A stretch of DNA of 64,000 nucleotides, taken from Bacteroidota bacterium (GTDB lineage Bacteria > Bacteroidota > Bacteroidia > Bacteroidales > WCHB1-69). The stretch spans positions 62,254 through 126,253 of the forward strand of contig JAEZOU010000003.1 of NCBI GenBank assembly GCA_023413895.1, in the 5' to 3' direction. The translations under genes were made by a program, and so were the position numbers. Of this stretch, positions 50,022 to 59,542 are shown piece after piece. Numbering within the stretch: the first letter of the stretch is position 1; every line of letters begins with the position of its first letter. The notes beneath the pieces are model-generated. The model saw only the letters and a program-made list of their open reading frames with translations. It did not search any database and was not told the origin of the DNA.

Positions 50022-51581
50022 TTATAAAGGCAAGTTATCGTGTTTTTTAGCTGGATTTTCAAGACGTTTATTCTTAAGAGATTCCAAAGCACGGATAACT
50101 CTGAAACGAGTATTGCGAGGTTCGATAACATCGTCGATATAGCCATATTTAGCCGCAACGTATGGGTTAGCGAAAGCATCGCGATATTCAGTTTCTTTTT
50201 CTGCGATAAATTCTGCTTGTTTTTGAGGATCTTCGATAGCTTTAATTTCGCGACCCATCAAAATTTCCACAGCACCTTTACCACCCATTACAGCGATTTC
50301 AGCAGTTGGCCATGCGTAGTTGATATCACCACGTAAATGTTTAGAACTCATCACGCAATATGCTCCACCATAATTTTTACGAAGAATAACTGTAACTTTA
50401 GGAACTGTACATTCACCGTATGCATAAAGCAATTTTGCTCCGTGGAGGATAATTCCGCCATATTCTTGACCTGTTCCTGGTAAGAAACCTGGAACATCAA
50501 CCAAAGTAACGATTGGAATATTGAACGCATCACAGAAACGAACGAAACGTGCGCCTTTACGTGATGAATTAATATCAAGAACACCAGCCAAATATTTAGG
50601 TTGATTAGCAACGATACCTACAGACATTCCATTGAAACGAGCAAAACCTACTACGATATTTGGTGCATAGTTTTGTTGAATTTCCAAAAATTCTCCATTA
50701 TCAACGATTCCGTGAATAACCTCTTTCACATCGTAAGGTTTGTTTGGATTATCAGGAATAATGGAATTCAAAGTATCTTCCAAACGATTGATTGGATCTT
50801 CTGTTGGTTGATATGGAGGTTCTTCCATATTGTTAGAAGGCAAATAACTAATTAACTGACGTAACATAGCGATACCTTCCTCTTCATTTTCAACTGCAAA
50901 GTGAGCAACTCCTGATTTAGAAGCGTGAACAGATGCTCCACCTAAATCTTCTACTGTAACGTCCTCATTAGTAACTGTTTTCACCACTTTTGGACCTGTT
51001 ACGAACATATAGCTCGTATTTTTAGTCATCATAATGAAGTCTGTCAAAGCTGGAGAATATACAGCACCACCTGCACAAGGTCCGAAAATAGCTGAAATCT
51101 GTGGAACTACACCTGAAGCAAGAATATTTCTTTGGAAAATTTCAGCATAGCCAGCCAAACTATTTACACCTTCTTGGATACGTGCTCCACCTGAATCATT
51201 AAAACCGATAAGAGGAGCACCCACTTTCATTGCTTGATCCATAACTTTACAAATTTTGTTAGCTACACTTTCTGAAAGTGAACCACCAAAAACTGTAAAA
51301 TCTTGAGAATAAACATACACTAATCTTCCGTTAACTGTACCATAACCTGTAATTACGCCATCGGTTAAAAATTTCTCTTTTTCAAGACCGAAATTGGTAC
51401 AACGGTGAGTTACAAACATGTCAAACTCCTCGAAACTTCCCTCATCTAAGAACATAAGAATTCTTTCGCGAGCAGTAAACTTTCCTTGTGAGTGTTGTTT
51501 GTCAATTCTCTTTTGACCTCCACTCAAACGAGCTTCTTCACGCTTTTTAAGCAACTCGTTAATTTTTTCTTGCATTATCAT
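50022..51581 (-). CDS. methylmalonyl-CoA decarboxylase alpha / acyl-CoA carboxylase carboxyltransferase subunit
   Basis: 519 aa with carboxyltransferase motifs ([41 protein letters not shown]). The start may be the third codon, ATG at 51575. Confidence 0.85.
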   Translation of the reverse strand: MIMQEKINELLKKREEARLSGGQKRIDKQHSQGKFTARERILMFLDEGSFEEFDMFVTHRCTNFGLEKEKFLTDGVITGYGTVNGRLVYVYSQDFTVFGGSLSESVANKICKVMDQAMKVGAPLIGFNDSGGARIQEGVNSLAGYAEIFQRNILASGVVPQISAIFGPCAGGAVYSPALTDFIMMTKNTSYMFVTGPKVVKTVTNEDVTVEDLGGASVHASKSGVAHFAVENEEEGIAMLRQLISYLPSNNMEEPPYQPTEDPINRLEDTLNSIIPDNPNKPYDVKEVIHGIVDNGEFLEIQQNYAPNIVVGFARFNGMSVGIVANQPKYLAGVLDINSSRKGARFVRFCDAFNIPIVTLVDVPGFLPGTGQEYGGIILHGAKLLYAYGECTVPKVTVILRKNYGGAYCVMSSKHLRGDINYAWPTAEIAVMGGKGAVEILMGREIKAIEDPQKQAEFIAEKETEYRDAFANPYVAAKYGYIDDVIEPRNTRFRVIRALESLKNKRLENPAKKHDNLPL

Positions 51582-51658
51582 AACTTGCTTATATTAAATT
51601 AATTACATTTGAAACCAAAAAAGTTTTCAACACTAAAAAGTATATTTTTTAGCGAGTG

Positions 51659-51666
51659 CAAAATTA
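51659..51666 (-). promoter_or_regulatory. -7 promoter box for the carboxyltransferase operon
   Basis: TAATTTTG on the minus strand, ~77 nt upstream of the start. Confidence 0.45.
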
Positions 51667-51722
51667 CATCATTTTTTGAAAAAAACAAACTTAATTGGGG
51701 AAAAAATCAAGATTTTATTTTT

Positions 51723-52508
51723 TTATTCATACAATCCTTTTTTCTTTCCAAAACTATATGATATATAAGCATTTAGAAATACTGGAGTTGGATTATTGAA
51801 AGCCATTTGTTGAATAAAAGGAAAAACTGCATCTGCAGAGATTCCTACCTCAAGGATATGCGACCTATATTGATCTTTACTAAAATCGAAACTTAACCCA
51901 GTTTTAGCATACGCTCCAGGTCGAAAAGCAACTCCTTTGAATGAATAATACCATTCGGCACCCCCTAAAATATTACTCACATCGTGTATGTTAGGGTCAT
52001 AACGTTCGGTTTGTACGATATAATTCATATCTGGATAGGTTACATACAAAACATCGAGATAAACGGGAAACCCTAGTCCGAGAGCAAAACCGAAAGAAAA
52101 TGAATAACGCACCTCAACACCTCCCCAATAGGGTTTATGATGCAAAATACGTTGGTATCCATAGCCTACTCGCCAAAAGAAAAGGTCATATAACTTGCCA
52201 TAACAAAAAGGACGACTTTCCTCCCAATAAACACTCTGAGCACGCAACTGTTTATAATGCATACTATAGAGAAAATCGGTTTCAAAATAGTGCTTATTGC
52301 GATAATCGGGTAATTTTCCTACTTGGAAACCAATTCCTGCCCCACGGGTATTCAAAAAAAAGGACAAATTCCATTCACGCGACTTTACCTGAATGATTTC
52401 AGTTTCACCTACCTCTTGTGCTTCCAAAGAGAAAATAGCAAATAAAAAAAGCACGACAACAACGGTCCTGCTTCCTATTTTTTCAAGAATTTTCCCTATT
52501 GGAATCAT
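51723..52508 (-). CDS. hypothetical secreted / outer-membrane-like protein
   Basis: 261 aa with a signal peptide (VVVLFLFAIFSLEAQE). Aromatic-rich alternating pattern. No motif recognised. Confidence 0.5.
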   Translation of the reverse strand: MIPIGKILEKIGSRTVVVVLFLFAIFSLEAQEVGETEIIQVKSREWNLSFFLNTRGAGIGFQVGKLPDYRNKHYFETDFLYSMHYKQLRAQSVYWEESRPFCYGKLYDLFFWRVGYGYQRILHHKPYWGGVEVRYSFSFGFALGLGFPVYLDVLYVTYPDMNYIVQTERYDPNIHDVSNILGGAEWYYSFKGVAFRPGAYAKTGLSFDFSKDQYRSHILEVGISADAVFPFIQQMAFNNPTPVFLNAYISYSFGKKKGLYE

Positions 52509-52522
52509 AGCTCAAAACACTT

Positions 52523-52660
52523 TTACTCAGCAGTTTGCTCTTGCTGTGGTTGATAGTTTTGTGAATAATGTCCGTACGCTGCGCACTTATGATACTCGCA
52601 AGCTGACATAATCAAAACAAAACAAAATAAAACTGCAGCGATTACAATATTTTTCTTCAT
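52523..52660 (-). CDS. small lipoprotein (45 aa), absent from the ORF track
   Basis: ATG at 52660. Translation: MKKNIVIAAVLFCFVLIMSACEYHKCAAYGHYSQNYQPQQEQTAE, stop TAA at 52525-52523. Signal peptide with lipobox IMSAC. It lies 14 nt upstream of the next minus-strand gene. Confidence 0.5.
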   Translation of the reverse strand: MKKNIVIAAVLFCFVLIMSACEYHKCAAYGHYSQNYQPQQEQTAE

Positions 52661-52674
52661 ATACGTTATTTTTT

Positions 52675-52682
52675 TAATTTTG
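52675..52682 (+). promoter_or_regulatory. -7 promoter box for the Omp85-like gene
   Basis: TAATTTTG lies 18 nt upstream of the TTG start at 52700. Confidence 0.4.
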
Positions 52683-52699
52683 CAAAAATAAACAAAAAG

Positions 52700-54457
52700 T
52701 TGAGACCTTTGCTTTCTTTTCTAAAAAATATCGACAAAGATAAACGGATAACGCTGATTATAGGTTATTTATTTTTTGTTCTATTCATTTTTTCCGCAGG
52801 AGGCAAAAAAACTTATGCGCAAAAATTAGAGATTACTTGCTTCGAAACCCAAAATCAAGTTTTACGAAAGATTTCTCCTGATTCTATTTTTCTTCCCCAA
52901 AAAATCAAACTATCAGAGGTTGAAAAAAGGTTTCAAAAAGCGATTTCAAAGAATCAAAAAAATGGTTATTTAAATTTTTCAATTGATACTTTTTACAAAG
53001 TAAATGACACACTTAACGTTTTGATATATAGAGGGAAAAAGTATGAGAATTATCATTTTCTTATCCCTGATAGTTCACACAATTTTATTGATAATTCAAT
53101 ACTTCGAGGATACGTTTCCCATAATACAATCCCATGGGACAAGTATATCCCCTTTGCTAACAAATTTGTGGAATTATACGAAAATCATGGCTACCCTTTT
53201 GCGTCAATACGCATCCAGAATGTGCCCAAAAGTTCGAACGTTACACTCGCTTTAGAAACAGGTCCATATATTCGATTCGATTCGATTGTAATGAAAGGAG
53301 ATGCAAAAATAGGAAATGGGTTTCTGCAATCTTACTTACGATTTAGGCATGGCAAACCTTACAAAGAGAAATATGTTAAAAATATTTTGCAGTTACTATC
53401 GGAACTTCCATATATCACATTAACGAGAGCACCAGGTGTAGAATTTTCGCAAGAAGGTGCCACTTTGTATATTTTTGCAAACAAACGCAAAATTAATCAA
53501 TTTGATGGTTATATCGGGTTGGTTCCTATAGATGAGAAAAGTGGAAAAGTAGCACTTTCCGGAGAAATTAATCTGCATCTTCGAAACCTTTTCACTATCG
53601 GAGAATCCATAGATTTACAATGGAAAGCAAGCGAAAGATACTCTCAGGACCTCAATATCCACGCTAATTTTCCTTGCTTACTACGTACACCATTAGGAAT
53701 TGACGGCACTTTTATTTTAGAAAAAAAAGACACTGCTTACATTAATAATCAATATAAAGTTGGAATCCAATACAACTTTTCAGGCAACAATTTTCTAAAA
53801 GTATATTATGCTAGACACAACTCTAACCTCATTAACAATAACAATGATATACAAAATGATATACAAATAGATATTTGGGATTACTACAAAAAAAATGTTT
53901 ACGGCATAGAGTTTCATTTTCGGCGATTAGATTATCTCTACAACCCCAAAAAAGGAATTGATATTCAGTTTGATTTTAATCTTGCACAAAAAGTTAATGA
54001 AAGTCTTGAAAAAAGTACCCAAACATCAATCATTACTAATATAACAGGTTATATTCCTATCAAAAAATGGTGGACTATAGTAATTTGCGGAAAACATGGC
54101 TCAATTATCAGCAATAGTTTGTTATCCAACGAACTTTTCCGCATTGGAGGCATCGGCACCTTACAAGGATTTAACGACAAATCGCTTTACGCTTCATCAT
54201 ACACCATAGGTGCAGCAGAATTACGTTTCATTTTTGCCAAAAATGCTTACATAAATTTATTTGTAAATGGTGGGGTTTTGAAAAAACAAACAATACAACA
54301 ATCTTCAAAAGATTTCCCCATAGGATTTGGAATTGGCACAACGTTAGAGACTAAAGCAGGACAATTTTACATTAGCTACGCATTAGGAAAACTCAAAGAT
54401 AGTCAAATCTCTTTCAAAACCGGCAAAATACACTTCGGAATTTTAGTCAACTTCTAA
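52700..54457 (+). CDS. Omp85/BamA-family (surface antigen D15-like) outer membrane protein
   Basis: 585 aa with a TTG start. A POTRA-like N-region is followed by a beta-barrel. The loop-6-like motif is RIGGIGTLQGF and the C-terminal residue is aromatic (..ILVNF). Confidence 0.6.
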   Translation: MRPLLSFLKNIDKDKRITLIIGYLFFVLFIFSAGGKKTYAQKLEITCFETQNQVLRKISPDSIFLPQKIKLSEVEKRFQKAISKNQKNGYLNFSIDTFYKVNDTLNVLIYRGKKYENYHFLIPDSSHNFIDNSILRGYVSHNTIPWDKYIPFANKFVELYENHGYPFASIRIQNVPKSSNVTLALETGPYIRFDSIVMKGDAKIGNGFLQSYLRFRHGKPYKEKYVKNILQLLSELPYITLTRAPGVEFSQEGATLYIFANKRKINQFDGYIGLVPIDEKSGKVALSGEINLHLRNLFTIGESIDLQWKASERYSQDLNIHANFPCLLRTPLGIDGTFILEKKDTAYINNQYKVGIQYNFSGNNFLKVYYARHNSNLINNNNDIQNDIQIDIWDYYKKNVYGIEFHFRRLDYLYNPKKGIDIQFDFNLAQKVNESLEKSTQTSIITNITGYIPIKKWWTIVICGKHGSIISNSLLSNELFRIGGIGTLQGFNDKSLYASSYTIGAAELRFIFAKNAYINLFVNGGVLKKQTIQQSSKDFPIGFGIGTTLETKAGQFYISYALGKLKDSQISFKTGKIHFGILVNF

Positions 54458-54957
54458 TAATTTGAAGTAATTGTATCGGGATCGATTTCTAATATTCTAA
54501 TGTTGTATTTAGGAACACCTTTTCGCACCACTTTGGGTGTATCAGGAGCAGAGTTGAGGTTCTGCGCAGGTTGTATCGTTGTTACAGATGGTGTTTGGTG
54601 CTTCACTTGAGGAGGATTTGGCACTTGTTCCGTAACAATTTTCATATCAGCAATAGTATCTTCTACTGGAATTACCACGGTATCAATAGGTTGAGAAATA
54701 GAATCCTCTTCTATCTCAACTATAGTTACGGGCACTGTAGGTATAGTTTTTTGCTTTTGAATATTTCTTACTATTGCATACGTTCCTCCGGCCAACAACG
54801 AAACTGTTACCACAGATGCAGCTACAATCTGTGCTACTGAAAAGGCGGCAACTCCCGCTTTCTTAGCAAAAAGAAGCCAAAACAGCGGACAATATCGAAA
54901 CTTTTTCTTTTCCGCTTTATTTTTCACTAATTCGTCAAAACTATTATCTTCTTTCAT
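54454..54957 (-). CDS. putative anti-sigma factor (single-pass membrane protein)
   Basis: The start ATG at 54957 overlaps the sigma-factor stop (ATGA). There is one TM helix (VAAFSVAQIVAASVVTVSLLAGG) and a P/T/V-rich C-terminal region. Confidence 0.5.
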   Translation of the reverse strand: MKEDNSFDELVKNKAEKKKFRYCPLFWLLFAKKAGVAAFSVAQIVAASVVTVSLLAGGTYAIVRNIQKQKTIPTVPVTIVEIEEDSISQPIDTVVIPVEDTIADMKIVTEQVPNPPQVKHQTPSVTTIQPAQNLNSAPDTPKVVRKGVPKYNIRILEIDPDTITSNY

Positions 54958-55496
54958 TGTGCCAAAATCATCATTTTCAATTTTGTTCTTGCAAAATTCA
55001 AGTGCCAATGTGAGGTACCTTCCTTCATATTTAACATTTCTGCAATCTCTGTATGCGAGTATCCTTCAAATACATAAAGGTTAAAAACAGCTTTACTTGT
55101 AGGTGGCAATTGTTGGATCATCAGCATTAACTCATCAGAAGAGAGTTTTGAGATAGCTGCATTCTGATCGACGCCCTCCCAATTTAGTTCTTGTAAATCC
55201 TCCATACTCACCTCTGCGTGATTACAATAACGGCGCTGATAATCCAATGCGGCATTCACCATCACTCGTTTCAGCCATGCCTCAAAAGAACCATCTGGTT
55301 TATATTTATGCAAATTTTCAAAGATCTTGATAAACCCCTCATTCAACATATCTTGCGCTTCATCTTTATTTTGTGCGTAACGATAGCACAAATGAAACAA
55401 CTTGCTATAAAACAACTTAAACAGACGATGCTGCGCTGCTCGCTTTCCATCGATACAATCTGCAATCAGTTGTGAATAATCTTGTTGTTTCGACAT
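54954..55496 (-). CDS. RNA polymerase sigma-70 factor, ECF subfamily
   Basis: 180 aa. Region 2 is AQDMLNEGFIKIFENLHKY. Region 4 HTH is GYSHTEIAEMLNMKEGTSHWHLNFARTKL. Confidence 0.85.
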   Translation of the reverse strand: MSKQQDYSQLIADCIDGKRAAQHRLFKLFYSKLFHLCYRYAQNKDEAQDMLNEGFIKIFENLHKYKPDGSFEAWLKRVMVNAALDYQRRYCNHAEVSMEDLQELNWEGVDQNAAISKLSSDELMLMIQQLPPTSKAVFNLYVFEGYSHTEIAEMLNMKEGTSHWHLNFARTKLKMMILAQ

Positions 55497-55814
55497 CGCT
55501 TAATGTATAAACGTAATAATGGAAAAAAATCTTTGGATAATTATTGGCTTTAACGAAAAAAAAAACTATTTGTTTCATTTCGAGAAAAATTTAGCTCTGA
55601 AGGTCATGTTAATATCTTTTTTTTGCGGAATTTCAACTATTTTTCTTTAATAATCCGTTGAAAAATCAGTATTATTTCAGTAATAATCATAGCCTTTTAG
55701 AAAAACTCCACAATCCATTAAAACAATAAATACCTATAAAACAAGTATTTACACACCAACAAGAATTAAAATATTTTTTATTGTAAAAAAGGGGTTTTGT
55801 AATTAAAAAAATTG

Positions 55815-55822
55815 TATTTTTG
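55815..55822 (+). promoter_or_regulatory. -7 promoter box for rpmB
   Basis: TATTTTTG lies 48 nt upstream of the ATG at 55870. Confidence 0.5.
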
Positions 55823-55869
55823 CACCTCGAAAAAAGTACGAAAGAATAACATAAAAAAACAGAATAACG

Positions 55870-56106
55870 ATGTCAAGAGTTTGTCAAATTACAGGAAAAA
55901 AGGCATTAACAGGAAATCATGTTTCCCACTCTAATATTAAAACTAAAAGAAAATTCAACCCAAACTTACATAGTAAAAAATTCTTTGTTCCTGAAATGGG
56001 TGGTTGGGTAATGATGAAAGTTTCTGCAAAAGGTATCAGAAACATGACTAAAAAAGGAGTGTGGAACTGCATTATCGAAGCTAGCAATAAGGGTTATATT
56101 AAATAA
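55870..56106 (+). CDS. rpmB: 50S ribosomal protein L28
   Basis: 78 aa. MSRVCQITGKKALTGNHVSHSNIKTKRKFNPNL is a canonical L28 N-terminus. Confidence 0.9.
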   Translation: MSRVCQITGKKALTGNHVSHSNIKTKRKFNPNLHSKKFFVPEMGGWVMMKVSAKGIRNMTKKGVWNCIIEASNKGYIK

Positions 56107-56227
56107 ATATTATTGGATTTTAATGGGGTAAAACTGCTGCATCATTATGGTGTGGCAGTTTTTGTATTAAATACACAATAATTAGAAGAAATCTTCGTAT
56201 TAGTAACAGTTTTTAGTAAAATAAATT

Positions 56228-58723
56228 TTGAAACAGATATCTATACTTCTTCTCTTTCTATTTTTGCTGTTTACAACAAAAGCACAATCTTTTATATTTG
56301 GAACAGTAACAAGTGAAAATGGCCAACCCATTGACAACCTAGTTGTTTCAAATATTGGTATGCAAGAACGCGTATTTACCACATCTGATGGAAAATACAA
56401 ACTTGAAATTCCAGCTGAAGAAAACATCCAGATTCTGTTTCATCACATCTCTTTTACAGACTCCATTCTTACCCTTAAACTTTCAGCAAATGAGCAGCGA
56501 CAATTAGACATAACGCTCCGTCCTATAGGAAAAGTTTTGGAACAAGTAGTAATTTCGGCAGAACACCAAGATGGCTACGAGCGCATCGATCCCAAGCTAT
56601 CTTTCAAAATGCCATCACCCACCAATGGTGTAGAAGGTTTGCTTAAAGGTTTCCAAGGTGTTTCATCCACCAATGAACTAAGTTCGCAGTATAATGTACG
56701 CGGTGGAAATTATGATGAAAACCTCATTTTTGTCAATGGCATTCAAATTTATAGACCTTTTTTGGTGCGCAGTGGGAATCAAGAAGGCCTTAGTTTTGTC
56801 AACCTCGATCTTACCAAGAGCGTAAAATTCTCAGCTGGAGGATTTTCCGCAGAGTATGGAGATAAAATGTCATCGGTATTGGATGTCGAATACAAAAAAC
56901 CTCGTAAATTGGGAGGCTCGCTATCTTTTGGTTTTTTAGGGGGAAGTGCCCACATAGAAGGTACCATAAAAGACAAAAAGAAGGAAAGGGAAATATTCAC
57001 TTACCTTGTTGGCGTGCGCTACAAATCAAACGCATACCTACTCAGTTTTATGGATACAAAAGGTGATTACAAACCTCACTTTTTCGACACTCAAATGCTA
57101 CTTACTTGGAATATTGCGCCCAAGTTTAATATTAGTTTCTTAGGTAATTTTGCAATTAATAGCTACTTATACGCACCCACAATCCGTACCACACGCTACG
57201 GAACTACTGATGTTATGCGGCAATTTACTGTTTATTCAGAAGGACAAGAGGTGGATAAATATGAGAGCTATTTAGGTGGCTTGACCTTTACCTATAATCC
57301 TACACAGAAGAACACACTTCGCTGGATTATCTCTTCATATTATGCTAAAGAGAAGGAAACCTATGACATTTTAAACGAGTACTTTTTATCCGACTTAGAA
57401 GGAGATATGAGTGGAGAAACTGATGATGTAGCGCAAGAAATTTCGCGTAGGGCAGTGGGGGGAAGTTTGGAACACGTCCGTAACTCATTAACAGCCGCCG
57501 TTACAGCATTAGACTTTAGTGGCACACATCGTTTTAGTAACCATGTTTTCACGTGGGGCATCAAGGCACAAAGTGAAATTATCGAAGACCGCATAAAAGA
57601 ATGGACGATGTTCGATTCCACAGGATATACTCTACCAGCAATTCCCACAACTCCAGGCACTATTATTCCGTTTGACGATCCCTCACGTATTTTAGATATA
57701 GGAGTGAACAACTATTTCACTTGCCAAAACGCCATTAACACGTTACGAGCAACTGGATTTATACAAGATAGTTGGGGATTTGAAAGTGGAAACACAAAAT
57801 TTATTTTAAATGGCGGAATCCGTTTCCACTATTGGAGTTTTAACAATGAATTTACGGCATCGCCTCGTGTTGCTCTACGTATTCTTCCTAATTGGAAAAG
57901 AGATTGGAGTTTTGGCATAAAGACGGGAGTTTACTACCAATCGCCATTTTACCGCGAAATGCGCCGTCCTGATGGCACTCTCAACTCTAACATTAAATCC
58001 CAATACTCCTATCAAATTTTAGGTTCATCAGAATACAACTTCAAGATGTGGAAGAGACCATTTAAGTTCACTACTGAAGTTTACTATAAACACCTTGAAA
58101 ATTTAGTTTCCTATTCACTTGACAACTTGAGAATTACCTACAGTGGAGAGAATGATGCTCACGGTTATGCAACGGGAATTGACATGAAATTAAGCGGAGA
58201 ATTTATCGATGGATTGGAATCATGGGTTAGCCTATCCATAATGAAAACTGCAGAAGATTTATACAACGACTTTTACTATACACCCGAAGGAGAACTTGTA
58301 CGACCTAGATATATTCGTAGGCCCTCAGATCAACGTTTTGCATTTAACATCTTCTTCCAGGACCACGTACCCGGTTTCCGACCTATTCGTGTACACCTTA
58401 ACTTCGTTTTTGCCAGCGGATTACCACATGGTGCACCACATACCGAACGCTACCAACAAACTTTGAGTATGCCGTGGTATCGCCGAGTTGATATCGGATT
58501 TTCGTACGTTTTTCTAGAACAAAATCGCGACAGATATACCCATAAAAGCCGTTTCGTCCGTGCCATTGGTAATGCTGGAATCTATCTTGAAGTTTTTAAT
58601 ATTCTGGGTATCAACAATGTGTCATCATACACCTGGTTTACAGATATTAACGGCTTACAAAATGCAGTTCCCGACTACTTAACGCCGCGACTTATCAACT
58701 TGAAATTTGCGGTAGATTTTTAG
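56228..58723 (+). CDS. TonB-dependent receptor with a carboxypeptidase-regulatory-like N-domain
   Basis: 831 aa. The start is TTG, the only start-like codon after the in-frame stop at 56222. It has a signal peptide, a plug-like region (SSQYNVRGGNYDENLIFVNGIQIYRP) and a C-terminal barrel ending in ..KFAVDF. Confidence 0.8.
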   Translation: MKQISILLLFLFLLFTTKAQSFIFGTVTSENGQPIDNLVVSNIGMQERVFTTSDGKYKLEIPAEENIQILFHHISFTDSILTLKLSANEQRQLDITLRPIGKVLEQVVISAEHQDGYERIDPKLSFKMPSPTNGVEGLLKGFQGVSSTNELSSQYNVRGGNYDENLIFVNGIQIYRPFLVRSGNQEGLSFVNLDLTKSVKFSAGGFSAEYGDKMSSVLDVEYKKPRKLGGSLSFGFLGGSAHIEGTIKDKKKEREIFTYLVGVRYKSNAYLLSFMDTKGDYKPHFFDTQMLLTWNIAPKFNISFLGNFAINSYLYAPTIRTTRYGTTDVMRQFTVYSEGQEVDKYESYLGGLTFTYNPTQKNTLRWIISSYYAKEKETYDILNEYFLSDLEGDMSGETDDVAQEISRRAVGGSLEHVRNSLTAAVTALDFSGTHRFSNHVFTWGIKAQSEIIEDRIKEWTMFDSTGYTLPAIPTTPGTIIPFDDPSRILDIGVNNYFTCQNAINTLRATGFIQDSWGFESGNTKFILNGGIRFHYWSFNNEFTASPRVALRILPNWKRDWSFGIKTGVYYQSPFYREMRRPDGTLNSNIKSQYSYQILGSSEYNFKMWKRPFKFTTEVYYKHLENLVSYSLDNLRITYSGENDAHGYATGIDMKLSGEFIDGLESWVSLSIMKTAEDLYNDFYYTPEGELVRPRYIRRPSDQRFAFNIFFQDHVPGFRPIRVHLNFVFASGLPHGAPHTERYQQTLSMPWYRRVDIGFSYVFLEQNRDRYTHKSRFVRAIGNAGIYLEVFNILGINNVSSYTWFTDINGLQNAVPDYLTPRLINLKFAVDF

Positions 58724-58823
58724 TTCTCATTAATTTTTCCGAGAAATTAGATAGTTTTCCTCAATGGATATAACTTCTGCAGGAAAAAGGATTGCGCACA
58801 AAAACAGAATGAGACTATTGCCT

Positions 58824-58995
58824 GCGTTAGGGATTGCAGCGGTTATGAGCGCCGGTTTTAGAATCTAGAATCTAGAGTTAGAACTTAGAATTGGATTTAG
58901 GGAAAGATTATAGTGAGAGAATGAGGCGCGAAATTTGAGCGGAAAGCCCGACGGCGAGCGGGTAGCATCGTGCGCAGGAAAGAGCCGGAACGCCC
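58824..58995 (+). repeat. GC-rich interspersed intergenic repeat, copy 3 (5' extension similar to copy 1 from ~58787)
   Basis: GCGTTAGGGATTGCAGCGGTTATGAGCGCCGG ... GGCGCGAAATTTGAGCGGAAAGCCCGACGGCG ... GTGCGCAGGAAAGAGCCGGAACGCCC. It lies between convergent genes. Confidence 0.85.
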
Positions 58996-59005
58996 AAATA
59001 AAAAA

Positions 59006-59521
59006 TTAAAACAGATATTGGATTGCATCTTTTACGATAAAAATTAGCACCACAACTGCGTAAACCACCTTCATAAAGGTACCCAAAAGAAAGCCCACAA
59101 AGGAACCGAGTGCCGCTCGAAACGCATTTTCGTGATTCTTAGCGATCATCTCTCCTATCAACGCTCCCAAAAATGGACCTAAAAGTAGTCCGATAATACC
59201 AAACGGACCGATTACAATTCCCAATAGCGGCAAAACTAAAACACTTACAATCAAACCTATAGTACTTCCGCGTACACCTTGTTTTGTACCTCCAAAAAAT
59301 TTGGTACCATAAATCGGAATTATATAATCTAACACCGTAATAACCAACGCTGTAGCTCCCATAATCACTAAAAAAGCAAGATCCACTTCAAAATTTGGAA
59401 GCAGAAGGAACAACAATAACGATACAAAACTGAGAGGCGTTCCTGGTAATCCAGGTAATATTGCTCCAATTAAACCGACAATGCCCAAAATTAGCGCACC
59501 TATAATCACCAAATATTCCAT
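59006..59521 (-). CDS. DUF456-family membrane protein
   Basis: 171 aa, G/L/I/V-rich with 4 TM helices. The N-terminus ...GAILPGLPGTPL is characteristic of the family. Confidence 0.65.
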   Translation of the reverse strand: MEYLVIIGALILGIVGLIGAILPGLPGTPLSFVSLLLFLLLPNFEVDLAFLVIMGATALVITVLDYIIPIYGTKFFGGTKQGVRGSTIGLIVSVLVLPLLGIVIGPFGIIGLLLGPFLGALIGEMIAKNHENAFRAALGSFVGFLLGTFMKVVYAVVVLIFIVKDAIQYLF

Positions 59522-59542
59522 AATTTCATTATTTTCAAAATA

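Noticed and set aside
58856-58903. CRISPR-like or tandem-repeat array in the TAGA-rich core
   Set aside because: The units are ~7 nt with no spacers, total length is under 50 nt, and no cas genes are present. It is a microsatellite inside the larger repeat, not a CRISPR array.
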